64,000 nt of DNA, taken from assembly GCA_963663385.2 (NCBI GenBank), contig CAXXXD010000004.1:256001-320000 (forward strand), given 5' to 3'. This stretch comes from Oceanispirochaeta sp. Its GTDB lineage: Bacteria > Spirochaetota > Spirochaetia > DSM-2461. Shown here piece by piece: positions 1-9,364 of this stretch (the stretch's first letter is position 1; the number at the start of each line of letters is the position of its first letter). Below the pieces are notes generated by a model. The model did not search any database. It was given only the letters and a program-made list of their open reading frames with translations, and had not been told where the DNA came from. The translations under genes were made by a program, and so were the position numbers.

Positions 1-2
1 AA

Positions 3-950
3 AATCTCTTCTATAACATCTTCCTTGGTTACGATTCCGGTCAGGCCTCCGTACTCATCCAGAACAATGGCAATATTGAAGTTTTCTCTTTTGAAATGGA
101 GAAACAGGTCATGGACCATCTTGGTTTCCGGTACAAAGAAGGGCTCTATCATTTTCTCTTTAAGCTTGAATCCCTTCTCTCCCTCCGACAGGGCTTTCAG
201 AATGTCATGCATGAGAACAATCCCCGCTATATGCTCGGGATTTTCCTGATAGACAGGTATTCTGGAGAATCCTGCTTTAAGAATATCCTCAAGAACGTCT
301 TCCACATAGGACTCCTTATCCAGACAGAAAACATTCGTTCTATAGGTGGTTATCCCTTTAATGGGGGTATCGTTAATCCGAAAGACATTTTTTACCATCT
401 GCTGTTCATAGGATTCAACAATACCGATTTTTTCTCCCAGGGCAATCATCTGCAGGAGATTCTCAAGGGTAAACCCTTTCTTTTTTGTTCCGGCAACAAG
501 CCGTGTTATAAGTGAGCTGATACTGGTTATTATCCATATAAAGGGACGGAACAGAATGGAAAGCCAGTGAACCGGGTAAGCCATGTTAAGGCAGATTGAC
601 TCATTTTTAGCCAGAGCAATCTGTTTGGGGGTCACTTCTCCGAATATTAGAACAAACAGGGTCAGGGCTCCTGTCATCGCAGCTACGGCACTAGAACCGA
701 AAAGCTGTATGGTCAGTGATGTTACAAGAGCCGTGGCGCCGATATTTACCAGATTATTTCCGATAAGGAGAGTTGTCAGCAGGATATCCGGTTTTTTGGT
801 GAGGTTATTTACGGTTTTTCCCCGCTTGCCCCCCCTTTCCAGAATATGGTGTATCTGGATTACCGAAAGGGAGGTGAATGCTGTTTCTGTTGATGAAAAT
901 ACGGCTGATAGAATAAAAAGAAGAATTAAAAAAAGGAACTGCAGGATCAT
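3..950 (-). CDS. Hemolysin-family CNNM (DUF21)+CBS domain membrane protein, 3' end outside window
   Basis: Manual translation (absent from ORF track): MILQFLFLILLFILSAVFSSTETAFTSL...LLIGNNLVN...LIFGEVTPKQIA...FSRIPVY...AIVLDEYGGLTGIVTKEDVIEEI. Confidence 0.9.
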   Translation of the reverse strand, partial: MILQFLFLILLFILSAVFSSTETAFTSLSVIQIHHILERGGKRGKTVNNLTKKPDILLTTLLIGNNLVNIGATALVTSLTIQLFGSSAVAAMTGALTLFVLIFGEVTPKQIALAKNESICLNMAYPVHWLSILFRPFIWIITSISSLITRLVAGTKKKGFTLENLLQMIALGEKIGIVESYEQQMVKNVFRINDTPIKGITTYRTNVFCLDKESYVEDVLEDILKAGFSRIPVYQENPEHIAGIVLMHDILKALSEGEKGFKLKEKMIEPFFVPETKMVHDLFLHFKRENFNIAIVLDEYGGLTGIVTKEDVIEEI

Positions 951-1099
951 AGGGCCTCAATTCCATTTAAGAGATCTGTTAAAATACATAAATAAGGGTC
1001 TGCGTCATCCATGTTGAAAATTATTCCTTAAATATCCGATTATTTCAAGTTTTGTTTTTTATCTTGACAGTAATAGGAGTCCATTAAAGAATTATAACT

Positions 1100-2605
1100 A
1101 TGTTTAAAATCAGACACTATGCTCACAATATCCTTTTTTCATCGCTGTATAAGACCCTGATTTTCCTGTTTGTCATGATCTCGGTTTTTCTGACAGACCT
1201 TGTAAGAGGCTGGCTGAATCCGGGAGCAGACAGGATTCAGGAAGTCCTTATGACCCTCTCCTTCTTTTTTCTCCTATCTGAACTGGTTCTGACAGTACTT
1301 GCCGATAAGTACTGGTGGAAAAGGGCGTATTTCTGGCTCTATACATTTGCAACTCTAACCATGCTGTTTGATTTAAACTGGTTTCTGAATTGGGCTTTTG
1401 TCGACCTGGGGACCATTTTCCCCCTGATACCGGTACGGCTTATGCGTCTTATCCGCCTGGTATCCCGTCTAGGCAGAATGATAAGGATAATACGGATATT
1501 CCTGAATAATCAGCTGTCAGCTCTTAAGGCCCGTCTCAGCGGATCCGATGCCGACCGGGGCGATCTGCTTATGACAAAAAAAATTATAAAGCGTCTGACC
1601 GGTAAAGAGCGGACCCGTTTGTGGGATAAACTGGAAAATGTCATTTCCTACGGCACCATGATCTGTTTTCTCTTCCTCTATCTGATGATTATCGGATTGG
1701 GGATACTCCAGACAAATCCTGTTTCTTCTACTTATATAAAGGGGCAGATCTTTCTGGAAAGCGGTATGCAGAATGGCAGGATTGCCGCCTTTCTGGAAGA
1801 GGCAGAGGATCTTCTCTATCTGGAAAGCGAAGGCACTGTACTGTTGGACAGGAGCGGGGAAAAGGCCGGCCTCCGGATGGACGAAGTTCTGAAACTGGAA
1901 AACGGTTCGCTGCTGATACTGGTTGACAACTCTGCATTAATCAGAAAAGTTCACAGGCAGTCTCTTCTGCTGACCCTGATTTTCTTTATAGCCATGTCCT
2001 TTATGAACCTTTTTATCTCCTGGGTGATTAGAAAGTACGGTGTGGAATTTTCCGGGGTGCTGAAAACCCTGGCCCATGCTCTTGATGAACGGGATCCATA
2101 TACCAGGGAACATTCCCGGCATGTGGCGCAGTACGGGCGGAAGCTGGCAGAAGCCATGGGGATGAGCAGAAAAGAGCAGGAGATCGTTCACCTGGCGGGT
2201 GAGCTGCACGATGTAGGGAAAATAGGGGTTCCCGAAGCTGTCCTGCATAAAGACGGTCCGCTTGATGATGAGGAATACGGCATAATGAAAAAGCACCCGG
2301 TTCAGGGGATTGAAATACTCAACAGTATTGTGAACATGGATCAGGTTATACTGGCAGCGTATTACCATCACGAAAAATATAACGGAAAGGGGTATCCGGA
2401 AGGACTGGAGAAGGACAATATCCCCCGTATTGCAAGAATCCTGTCGGTGTGCGATGTCTGGGATGCTCTGACAACAGACCGACCCTACAGAAAGGCTATG
2501 GAGTTCGAGAAGGCTAAATCCATTCTTATAAAAATGAGAGGGGAAGATCTTCCGCCTCTTGAAGTTGATGCTTTCTTTGAACACGAAGTGTGGAAAGCAC
2601 TTTAA
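1100..2605 (+). CDS. Membrane HD-GYP c-di-GMP phosphodiesterase with N-terminal voltage-sensor-like domain
   Basis: C-terminal YTREHS, LHDVGK, HHEKYNGKGYP, RPYRKA motifs; N-terminal TM helices with Arg-periodic RLMRLIRLVSRLGRMIRIIR. Confidence 0.88.
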   Translation: MFKIRHYAHNILFSSLYKTLIFLFVMISVFLTDLVRGWLNPGADRIQEVLMTLSFFFLLSELVLTVLADKYWWKRAYFWLYTFATLTMLFDLNWFLNWAFVDLGTIFPLIPVRLMRLIRLVSRLGRMIRIIRIFLNNQLSALKARLSGSDADRGDLLMTKKIIKRLTGKERTRLWDKLENVISYGTMICFLFLYLMIIGLGILQTNPVSSTYIKGQIFLESGMQNGRIAAFLEEAEDLLYLESEGTVLLDRSGEKAGLRMDEVLKLENGSLLILVDNSALIRKVHRQSLLLTLIFFIAMSFMNLFISWVIRKYGVEFSGVLKTLAHALDERDPYTREHSRHVAQYGRKLAEAMGMSRKEQEIVHLAGELHDVGKIGVPEAVLHKDGPLDDEEYGIMKKHPVQGIEILNSIVNMDQVILAAYYHHEKYNGKGYPEGLEKDNIPRIARILSVCDVWDALTTDRPYRKAMEFEKAKSILIKMRGEDLPPLEVDAFFEHEVWKAL

Positions 2606-2848
2606 CACTTCAGAATAATTATTTGCCCCTGAATAATAATTATCCCTATCTGGCAGATTCCCTTCCCCTGCAGGAATGAAAGTGATTCCTTATTAATAAT
2701 AATACATAATCTTCTATATTTCATGAATTTAGACGAAAACTTATAGAATTTTTAATTCCCCCGGGTTTCCCGTCACTTTTTTATTGTCCCCCGGACTCTT
2801 TCTTATTATTTTAATAAATAATAATAGCGTTATGAAGGAGACTTTCTC

Positions 2849-4723
2849 GTGTCTAATCGTAAATTCAAAACCGAAGTGAACCAGTTGCTGGACCTGCTGA
2901 TTCACTCTCTGTACTCTCATAGTGAGATTTTCTTGAGAGAATTAATATCCAATTCATCAGATGCTCTGGATAAACTGAAATATCTGACCCTGACAGATGA
3001 CAATTTCAAAAATATGGAATGGGATCCCCGGATCGATATCGTTCTGGACAGCAAAGACAAGAAGACAATTATTATCAAGGATAACGGTATCGGTATGAAC
3101 GATGCGGATCTGGCAGATTCCCTTGGAACAATCGCCCGTTCGGGAACCAAAAACTTCCTGAGTCAGCTCTCCGGAGATGCCAGGAAGGATTCCAATCTGA
3201 TCGGACAGTTCGGTGTCGGTTTCTATTCGATTTTTATGGTTGCCGATCATGTGGATGTGGTAACAAAAAAAGCCGGTGAAGATCAGGCCTGGAAATGGAG
3301 CAGCGACGGGCGGGAAGGATACTCCCTGGATAAAGCGGAAAGGGAAGAGGGGGCAGGAACCTCTGTTATCCTTCATCTGAATGATGCCGGTAAAGAATAT
3401 GCCAACAAGTGGGACCTGGAACAGATTATCAAAAAGTATTCCAACCATATAGCTTTCCCCATACATCTGCATTACACCTCCACTTCCTATGAGGGAGAAG
3501 GGGATGACAGAAAAGAGGTCAAAAAGGATAAAGTGGAACAGATCAACACAGCCTCTGCCCTCTGGAAACGTTCTGCCAAAGAGATCAAGGAAGAAGAGTA
3601 TAACGAGTTCTATAAATCCATCTCAAACGATATGGACGATCCTCTTCTGAAAATCCATACAAGAGCAGAAGGAACTCTTGAATATAACACGCTGTTTTTT
3701 GTTCCTAAAAAGGCTCCTTTTGATATGTATCAGGCCGATTATCAGCCTGGTGTCAAGCTGTATGTCCGACGGGTTTTTATTACAGACGATGATAAGGAAC
3801 TTCTCCCCACTTACCTGCGTTTTGTACGGGGTATAATTGATTCGGAAGACCTTCCTCTCAATGTGAGCCGGGAGATCCTGCAGAAGAACAAGGTTCTGTC
3901 CAGCATAAAGAATGCGTCGGTTAAGAAAGTTCTGGGAGAGCTGAAGAAGCTGTCACAGAAAGACGAGGAGTACATCAAGTTTATTGAACAGTACAACCGT
4001 CCCCTGAAGGAGGGTGTGTATTCCGACTACGCCAATAAAGAGGACCTTCTGGAGCTGGTACGGTTCAAGTCTACTTCCGTTGAAGGCTGGACCAGCCTGA
4101 GCGCCTACCTTGACCGCATGCCCGAAGATCAGAAAGGTATCTACTATATTACCGGTGACAACGAACAGACCCTGAGAAACTCACCTCTGCTGGAAGCCTA
4201 CAAGAAAAAGGGTATGGAAGTCCTGATCATGGATGATGAGATTGATGAAATCGTTGCCCCCATGATTGGCCCCTACAAGGAAAAGGAACTTAAAGCTGTT
4301 AACAAGAGCGGCAGTTCGGAAGATCTGAAAACAGAAGAGGACAAGGAGAAGGAAAAATCCGTTGAACCTCTCCTTAAAAAAATCAAGGAAGCCCTGGGCG
4401 AGTCTGTAAAAGATGTTGTTGCTTCCAGCCGTCTTCATGAATCTCCCAGCTGTATTGTGGCCGACGAGAATGATCCCACTGCCCAGATGCAGCAGATGCT
4501 GAAAGCTATGGGCCAGAAGGATCTGCCCGAAATCAAGCCGATTCTGGAAGTAAACCCCGATCATGTCATTGTGAGCCGTCTTCAGGACTCTTCCGATACG
4601 TCTTTGATCGACGATATCAGCTGGCTGCTGCTGGATCAGGCTATTCTGGTGGAAGGGGCTCCTCTCAAGAACCCCCATGAATTCACCCAGCGTCTGAACC
4701 GGGTAATGGAAAAAGCTCTCTAA
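2849..4723 (+). CDS. htpG: Chaperone HtpG (Hsp90)
   Basis: FLRELISNSSDA, DNGIGM, IGQFGVGFYS, LPLNVSREILQ; AAGGAG RBS. Confidence 0.97.
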   Translation: MSNRKFKTEVNQLLDLLIHSLYSHSEIFLRELISNSSDALDKLKYLTLTDDNFKNMEWDPRIDIVLDSKDKKTIIIKDNGIGMNDADLADSLGTIARSGTKNFLSQLSGDARKDSNLIGQFGVGFYSIFMVADHVDVVTKKAGEDQAWKWSSDGREGYSLDKAEREEGAGTSVILHLNDAGKEYANKWDLEQIIKKYSNHIAFPIHLHYTSTSYEGEGDDRKEVKKDKVEQINTASALWKRSAKEIKEEEYNEFYKSISNDMDDPLLKIHTRAEGTLEYNTLFFVPKKAPFDMYQADYQPGVKLYVRRVFITDDDKELLPTYLRFVRGIIDSEDLPLNVSREILQKNKVLSSIKNASVKKVLGELKKLSQKDEEYIKFIEQYNRPLKEGVYSDYANKEDLLELVRFKSTSVEGWTSLSAYLDRMPEDQKGIYYITGDNEQTLRNSPLLEAYKKKGMEVLIMDDEIDEIVAPMIGPYKEKELKAVNKSGSSEDLKTEEDKEKEKSVEPLLKKIKEALGESVKDVVASSRLHESPSCIVADENDPTAQMQQMLKAMGQKDLPEIKPILEVNPDHVIVSRLQDSSDTSLIDDISWLLLDQAILVEGAPLKNPHEFTQRLNRVMEKAL

Positions 4724-4745
4724 GCCTTCTTACCTTGAATTACTT

Positions 4746-4778
4746 AAACTGCTCCGGATCCGGAGCAGTTTTTTTTTT
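4746..4778 (+). terminator. Intrinsic terminator after htpG
   Basis: Perfect palindrome AAACTGCTCCGGATCCGGAGCAGTTT followed by T-run. Confidence 0.85.
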
Positions 4779-4854
4779 GATTTATCGCCAATTATGAGAA
4801 ATAATATATATATCAAACCAAAAACGGATAATACGTAATGCTGAAGATAAAAAA

Positions 4855-6150
4855 GTGAAAATTCTTATAGGCCATACCAATATGGATCTGGACTGTTTCG
4901 GATCCCTTGCCCTTGGCAAGTACTTGTATCCCGATGCGGTGGGAGTTAAAAGCCGCCTTGTTCATCCTGTTGCCAAAGCCCTTTACAATCTCTATAAAAG
5001 GCATCTGAATCTTATGTCATCGAAGGATTTGAAAGATCAGCATGTGGATCAGATCATTGTCTTCGACACCCGTTCCAAAAGCAGGATTAGGGAGTATCTG
5101 GAGATGATTACGGGGTTTCATGGGGATGTAACCATTTATGACCATCATATTAATGATACATCGGATATAAAGGATGCCAAAGTCATTTCTGCGTCTTACG
5201 GAGCCAATACAACTCTACTGGCTCTTGAACTGATGGAAAAGGATGTTGTCCTGAATCCGGTGGATGCTACCATTGCCCTGACAGGCATCTTTGCGGATAC
5301 GGGGAATTTTACTCATGAAAATGTTACCCTTCAGGACTTTCAGGCTTCATCCTGGCTGATGTCCCAGGGAGCCAATATGAAGCTGGTCAGTCAGTTTCTG
5401 AAACCCCTGAAGCAGGATTATCAGATTTCCCTGTTCCATCAGGTTTTAAATCGTCTGGTATACAAGAAACTGCATGGGCATACTATCATCCTCAGTTATT
5501 TTGAGATGAAGGAGCAGGTAAGCGGGTTGGCTCCCATTGTAGAAAAAGTGTTTGAAGTTGAAAATGCGGATGCTATATTTATCCTGTTCGGCCTGGAGAA
5601 GGCCAAAAAGACCCTGATAATCGGCAGGAGTCAGAAAGAGACCATAGACGTTTCCCGCATCCTGGCCCCTTTCGGGGGAGGCGGGCATACCAGGGCCGCT
5701 TCAGCCCAGCTTAAGGGGGAGTGGGGTGAAAAAGTTTATGAGAATTTCATTGTCAGCCTCAGGAACTCCCTGGTGCCTGCCGTAACCGCAGAGGGGATCA
5801 TGACAACAGATGTGGATGTTATCCGGAATACCTGGTCTGTGCTGGATGCTTCTCTGTTTCTGGAAAAAGTCGGGCATACAGGTGCTCCCGTATTGAATGA
5901 TGAAGGCGAAATGTGTGGTTTCATGACCTTGAGGGATATCAGTAAGGCCCGCCGGGCCGATCAGATGAAAGCCCCTGTTAAGAGTTATATGACCAGTAAA
6001 GTCCATTCCTGTAACAGGACGGATAGTATAAAGGATCTGGAGAAACTCTTCCTTAAGTACAATGTGGGACATATACCTGTCTTAAAAGACAGGAAACTTC
6101 TGGGTATTGTTACCAGAACGGATTATCTGCATCATATCGAGCTGCGTTGA
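4855..6150 (+). CDS. DHH/DHHA1 phosphoesterase with tandem CBS domains
   Basis: HTNMDLDC, YDHH, GIFADTG, GGGGH motifs plus two CBS repeats. Confidence 0.85.
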   Translation: MKILIGHTNMDLDCFGSLALGKYLYPDAVGVKSRLVHPVAKALYNLYKRHLNLMSSKDLKDQHVDQIIVFDTRSKSRIREYLEMITGFHGDVTIYDHHINDTSDIKDAKVISASYGANTTLLALELMEKDVVLNPVDATIALTGIFADTGNFTHENVTLQDFQASSWLMSQGANMKLVSQFLKPLKQDYQISLFHQVLNRLVYKKLHGHTIILSYFEMKEQVSGLAPIVEKVFEVENADAIFILFGLEKAKKTLIIGRSQKETIDVSRILAPFGGGGHTRAASAQLKGEWGEKVYENFIVSLRNSLVPAVTAEGIMTTDVDVIRNTWSVLDASLFLEKVGHTGAPVLNDEGEMCGFMTLRDISKARRADQMKAPVKSYMTSKVHSCNRTDSIKDLEKLFLKYNVGHIPVLKDRKLLGIVTRTDYLHHIELR

Positions 6151-6156
6151 CGGGGG

Positions 6157-7446
6157 CTATGCCTTCAGGGAGTCCAGGAGTTCAAAAAATCCGGGAAATG
6201 TAATATCCACAGCTTCGGCCGTATCGATTCTTGTTTCCCCTTCTGCACCCAGGGCTGCAATGGCCAGAGCCATCACAACGCGATGGTCCCCGTGTCCTTT
6301 TACTTCCGCGCCTCTGAGCCTGGAGGGGCGGATGATCATCCCGTCGGGCAGTTCTTCGATGCGGGCGCCCATTTTTTTCAGTTCTGCTGTCATAACGGCA
6401 ATTCGGTCGGTTTCTTTCATCCTGGCCTGGGGTACATTGATGATTCTGGTTTCGCTTCCGGCAAAACAGGCTGTCGCCGCCAGGGCCGGCAGGGCATCGG
6501 GGGTATCGTTCAGATCCAGTTCGGCTCCCTGCAGGCTGCCACCTGTAAAAATCAGGGTGTCTCCCTCAGTTTCGTAGCGGCATCCCATTTTCTCAAGCAT
6601 GGGGATGACTTCCCTGTCCCCCTGTGAATCATTCATATCCAGACCATCAAAACGGAGGGTGGACCCCGTAATGGCTGCGGCGCAGAAAAAGAAGGTGGCT
6701 GAAGAAAAGTCTGAAGGGATCGCTTTTTCAAATCCCTTATAGCTCTGGTTCCCGGGAATAATGAATTCTTTAAAATTCCTGTTTTCAAGTTTGATGCCCC
6801 GCTCTTCCATCCATCTCAGAGTCATCTCCACATAGGGCTTTTCCATAAGAAGGGGTACTGTTATGCGGCTGGGGGCCCTTCCTTTAAGAAGGGGAAGAGC
6901 CATAAGCAGGGCCGAAAGGTACTGGCTGGTGGGACATTCTATGGATGTGCTGCCCCCTTTAAGAGGGCCCTTTACTGTATAAGGCGCACAGCCTCCGGGT
7001 GAGGATTCGATTTCGGCCCCCAGTTCACTTAAAGCATTCAGCAGGTTGGAGGCTGAGCGTCTGCGGATCTGTTCATCCCCGTCGAACCGCACGGGTCTGT
7101 TCAGTACGGCTGCCAATGCGGTTACCAGGTAAAGGGTTGTTCCCGAATTGCCTGTATCGATCAGAAGGTCGTCCCGGGACTCATCTGTTACTGCAGGAAC
7201 AGGTTTGACGACATCCCATCCCGTTTCACTCTCGTTGATTTCCGCACCAAGAAGGCGGCAGGCCTTGAGACAGGACCGGGTGTCTTCGGAGTAAAGCGGA
7301 TAGAAAATCCGGCTGGGACCATCGGCAAAAGACGCAATCAGAAGGGCCCTTATGGTGTGAGATTTTGAGGCGGGAATCCGTAAAGTCCCCTTAAGCTGTG
7401 TCATTTCTTTTCCCGGGGTAATCCCCTGTCTGCATACCGTACTCAT
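6157..7446 (-). CDS. aroA: 3-phosphoshikimate 1-carboxyvinyltransferase (EPSP synthase)
   Basis: ASKSHTIR, GNSGTT, SQYLSALL, RMKETDRI, DHRVVMA. Confidence 0.95.
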   Translation of the reverse strand: MSTVCRQGITPGKEMTQLKGTLRIPASKSHTIRALLIASFADGPSRIFYPLYSEDTRSCLKACRLLGAEINESETGWDVVKPVPAVTDESRDDLLIDTGNSGTTLYLVTALAAVLNRPVRFDGDEQIRRRSASNLLNALSELGAEIESSPGGCAPYTVKGPLKGGSTSIECPTSQYLSALLMALPLLKGRAPSRITVPLLMEKPYVEMTLRWMEERGIKLENRNFKEFIIPGNQSYKGFEKAIPSDFSSATFFFCAAAITGSTLRFDGLDMNDSQGDREVIPMLEKMGCRYETEGDTLIFTGGSLQGAELDLNDTPDALPALAATACFAGSETRIINVPQARMKETDRIAVMTAELKKMGARIEELPDGMIIRPSRLRGAEVKGHGDHRVVMALAIAALGAEGETRIDTAEAVDITFPGFFELLDSLKA

Positions 7447-7484
7447 GGCAACAGAATAGCAGAGATTACAGGACGCTGTCCATG

Positions 7485-7796
7485 TCAGCCAGAGCAGCCG
7501 TAATGTTTCAGGGATACTTTTCCGGCGGGAGAGAAAACAATCCCCTCCGATTCAAGCAGGGCCTTCTGCAGATCCGCAGACTCTCCCCTCAGGGATATTC
7601 CTCCGGAAGAGTTTATAACCCTGTGCCAGGGCAGACCTTCCTTCCGGCTGTCCCGGTTCAGAACCCAGGAAACCTGCCGGCTCATCCGGGGAAAACCGGC
7701 TTCTCTGGCAATCTGGCCGTAAGAGGCTACCTTCCCCTCCGGTATGCTTCGGATGATCTCAATAACCCGGAGAGTAAATTCAGACCTCTGAGACAT
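7485..7796 (-). CDS. Alkyltransferase-like (MGMT family, ATL/YbaZ type) protein
   Basis: IPEGKVASYGQIA and PWHRV motif (Trp in place of the catalytic Cys). Confidence 0.9.
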   Translation of the reverse strand: MSQRSEFTLRVIEIIRSIPEGKVASYGQIAREAGFPRMSRQVSWVLNRDSRKEGLPWHRVINSSGGISLRGESADLQKALLESEGIVFSPAGKVSLKHYGCSG

Positions 7797-7798
7797 GA

Positions 7799-8266
7799 TC
7801 AGCTCCTTTCCCGGCAGACCGGGCAGCCCAGAACATGAACATGAACCTTGCGTCCCGGTCGCTCGAAAACCCGGGCTACAGCAAAGCTGCCCTCTTTCAG
7901 GGGGGTGCCGCAGGACGGGCAGTTCCTGTCTCTGTGCGGTTCGCGGCTGCCTGCCGGGTGTTCACGGTAGCACCAGGGGCAGCCGTATATATTCATGAGT
8001 CTATCTTCTCCTCTGCTGTAGATTACAGAGTGAACCCTCTCTCCCCGGCGGAGGGGATGACCGCAAAGGGGGCATTCCGTTGTTTTTTCAAATCCCGGAT
8101 CAAGGCTTTCTCTATCCCCTTGTTCATTGTCGGTATAGCGGCTTTTGTTTCGGGCTGTGGTGATTATCAGAAACAAAAGTACTGTCAGAAGCAGGATTAT
8201 TATAACAATTTCGGTAATCAACAGTACACTCCCTGTTCTTTTACTAGGCAAGATGCGCCTATTCAT
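7799..8266 (-). CDS. Membrane-anchored protein with four CxxC motifs (double Zn-ribbon-like)
   Basis: N-terminal hydrophobic helix; CPLC, CPWC, CPSC, CPVC. Confidence 0.65.
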   Translation of the reverse strand: MNRRILPSKRTGSVLLITEIVIIILLLTVLLFLIITTARNKSRYTDNEQGDRESLDPGFEKTTECPLCGHPLRRGERVHSVIYSRGEDRLMNIYGCPWCYREHPAGSREPHRDRNCPSCGTPLKEGSFAVARVFERPGRKVHVHVLGCPVCRERS

Positions 8267-8281
8267 AATACCATCTATTCT

Positions 8282-8962
8282 ATGGCAACATTATATATGG
8301 TGGCAACGCCTATCGGCAATTTGCAGGATATGACTTACAGAGCCGTTGAAGTACTGAAAGAAGTGGACGTTATCGCCTGTGAGGACACAAGGCAGTCAGC
8401 AAAGGTCTTGAATCACTACGGGATCAGGAAACACCTGATCAGCTGTCGGGCCCGGAATGAAAAACAGAGCGCCCCCGGAATCCTCAAGCTTATGGAAGAA
8501 GGGAAAGATATAGCCTATGTTTCAGATGCGGGCACACCGGTTCTCAGTGATCCCGGGAGGCTTCTGGTGAGAACTGTCCGGGACGCAGGTTTTCCGGTTA
8601 TCCCTCTGCCCGGTGTATCCGCTTTCTCTACACTGATCAGTGTGTGTGGATTCCCCGGGAAGACGTACCATTTTGAAGGGTTTCTCCCTCAGAAAGGGGC
8701 AAAGCGGAAAAAAAGGCTGGCTGATCTGCTGGAACGGGAAGAATCTTTCATGGTTTATGAATCTCCCTTCCGTATTCTTAAACTGCTGCAGGAGTTATCA
8801 GAGCTGGACTCTGAAAGAATTTGTCTGCTTGGCCGTGAAATGACAAAAAAATTTGAAGAGTATCCGGAAGGAACTGCCGATATGTTAATTAACCACCTGG
8901 AAACGGAAAATCATGTGAAGGGCGAGTTTGCAATACTTGTTTCCGGAGAGAAAAAAGGTTAA
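8282..8962 (+). CDS. rsmI: 16S rRNA (C1402-2'-O)-methyltransferase
   Basis: LYMVATPIGNLQD, ACEDTR, VSDAGTP, YESPFR, REMTKKFEE; start reassigned to ATG 8282. Confidence 0.93.
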   Translation: MATLYMVATPIGNLQDMTYRAVEVLKEVDVIACEDTRQSAKVLNHYGIRKHLISCRARNEKQSAPGILKLMEEGKDIAYVSDAGTPVLSDPGRLLVRTVRDAGFPVIPLPGVSAFSTLISVCGFPGKTYHFEGFLPQKGAKRKKRLADLLEREESFMVYESPFRILKLLQELSELDSERICLLGREMTKKFEEYPEGTADMLINHLETENHVKGEFAILVSGEKKG

Positions 8963-8985
8963 TATTATGGTAGGTATGTCGATAT
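8959..8985 (+). promoter_or_regulatory. Putative sigma28 promoter of flgM
   Basis: TTAA-N15-GTCGATAT resembles the FliA consensus TAAA-N15-GCCGATAA. Confidence 0.5.
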
Positions 8986-9012
8986 TTATTAATGGAGAGC
9001 AAAGGAGCTGAC

Positions 9013-9297
9013 ATGACAATAGACAGATTAGGTCCGGTTGATCCGTTATCCAGATATAAAAAAACTGAAAAAACGGTTCGGATTGAAAACAAGGAAAAAA
9101 CAGACTCGGTTAATGTTTCACAGGAAGCAAAGAAGAGTGCTGAACTTTTTCAGGCGATGGAAAGTGTAAAAGCGGCTCCCGATGTCCGAGAAGACCGAAT
9201 TGCTGAAGTTAAGGCTAAGCTGCAGGATCCGAACTACATTAACGACACGGTAGTAAATTCAGTGGCTGATAAACTGATGGATCTTTTTGGAATTTAA
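9013..9297 (+). CDS. flgM: Anti-sigma28 factor FlgM
   Basis: DSVNVSQEAK...PDVREDRIAEVKAKL...YIN...VADKL; AAGGAG RBS before ATG 9013. Confidence 0.85.
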   Translation: MTIDRLGPVDPLSRYKKTEKTVRIENKEKTDSVNVSQEAKKSAELFQAMESVKAAPDVREDRIAEVKAKLQDPNYINDTVVNSVADKLMDLFGI

Positions 9298-9318
9298 TTC
9301 TATTACGGTGTATATTTC

Positions 9319-9351
9319 AGACAGAGTCCTGTAGGGCTCTGTCTTTTTTTT
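9319..9351 (+). terminator. Intrinsic terminator after flgM
   Basis: AGACAGAG...CTCTGTCT stem followed by T-run. Confidence 0.8.
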
Positions 9352-9364
9352 CGGGAGTTTTTGT

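Noticed and set aside
25..1017. Plus-strand ORFs 25-249, 96-515 and 583-1017
   Set aside because: Antisense shadows of the minus-strand CNNM/CBS gene; no motifs
7835..8281. Long N-terminal extension of rsmI
   Set aside because: Overlaps an opposite-strand gene; RsmI homology starts at ATG 8282
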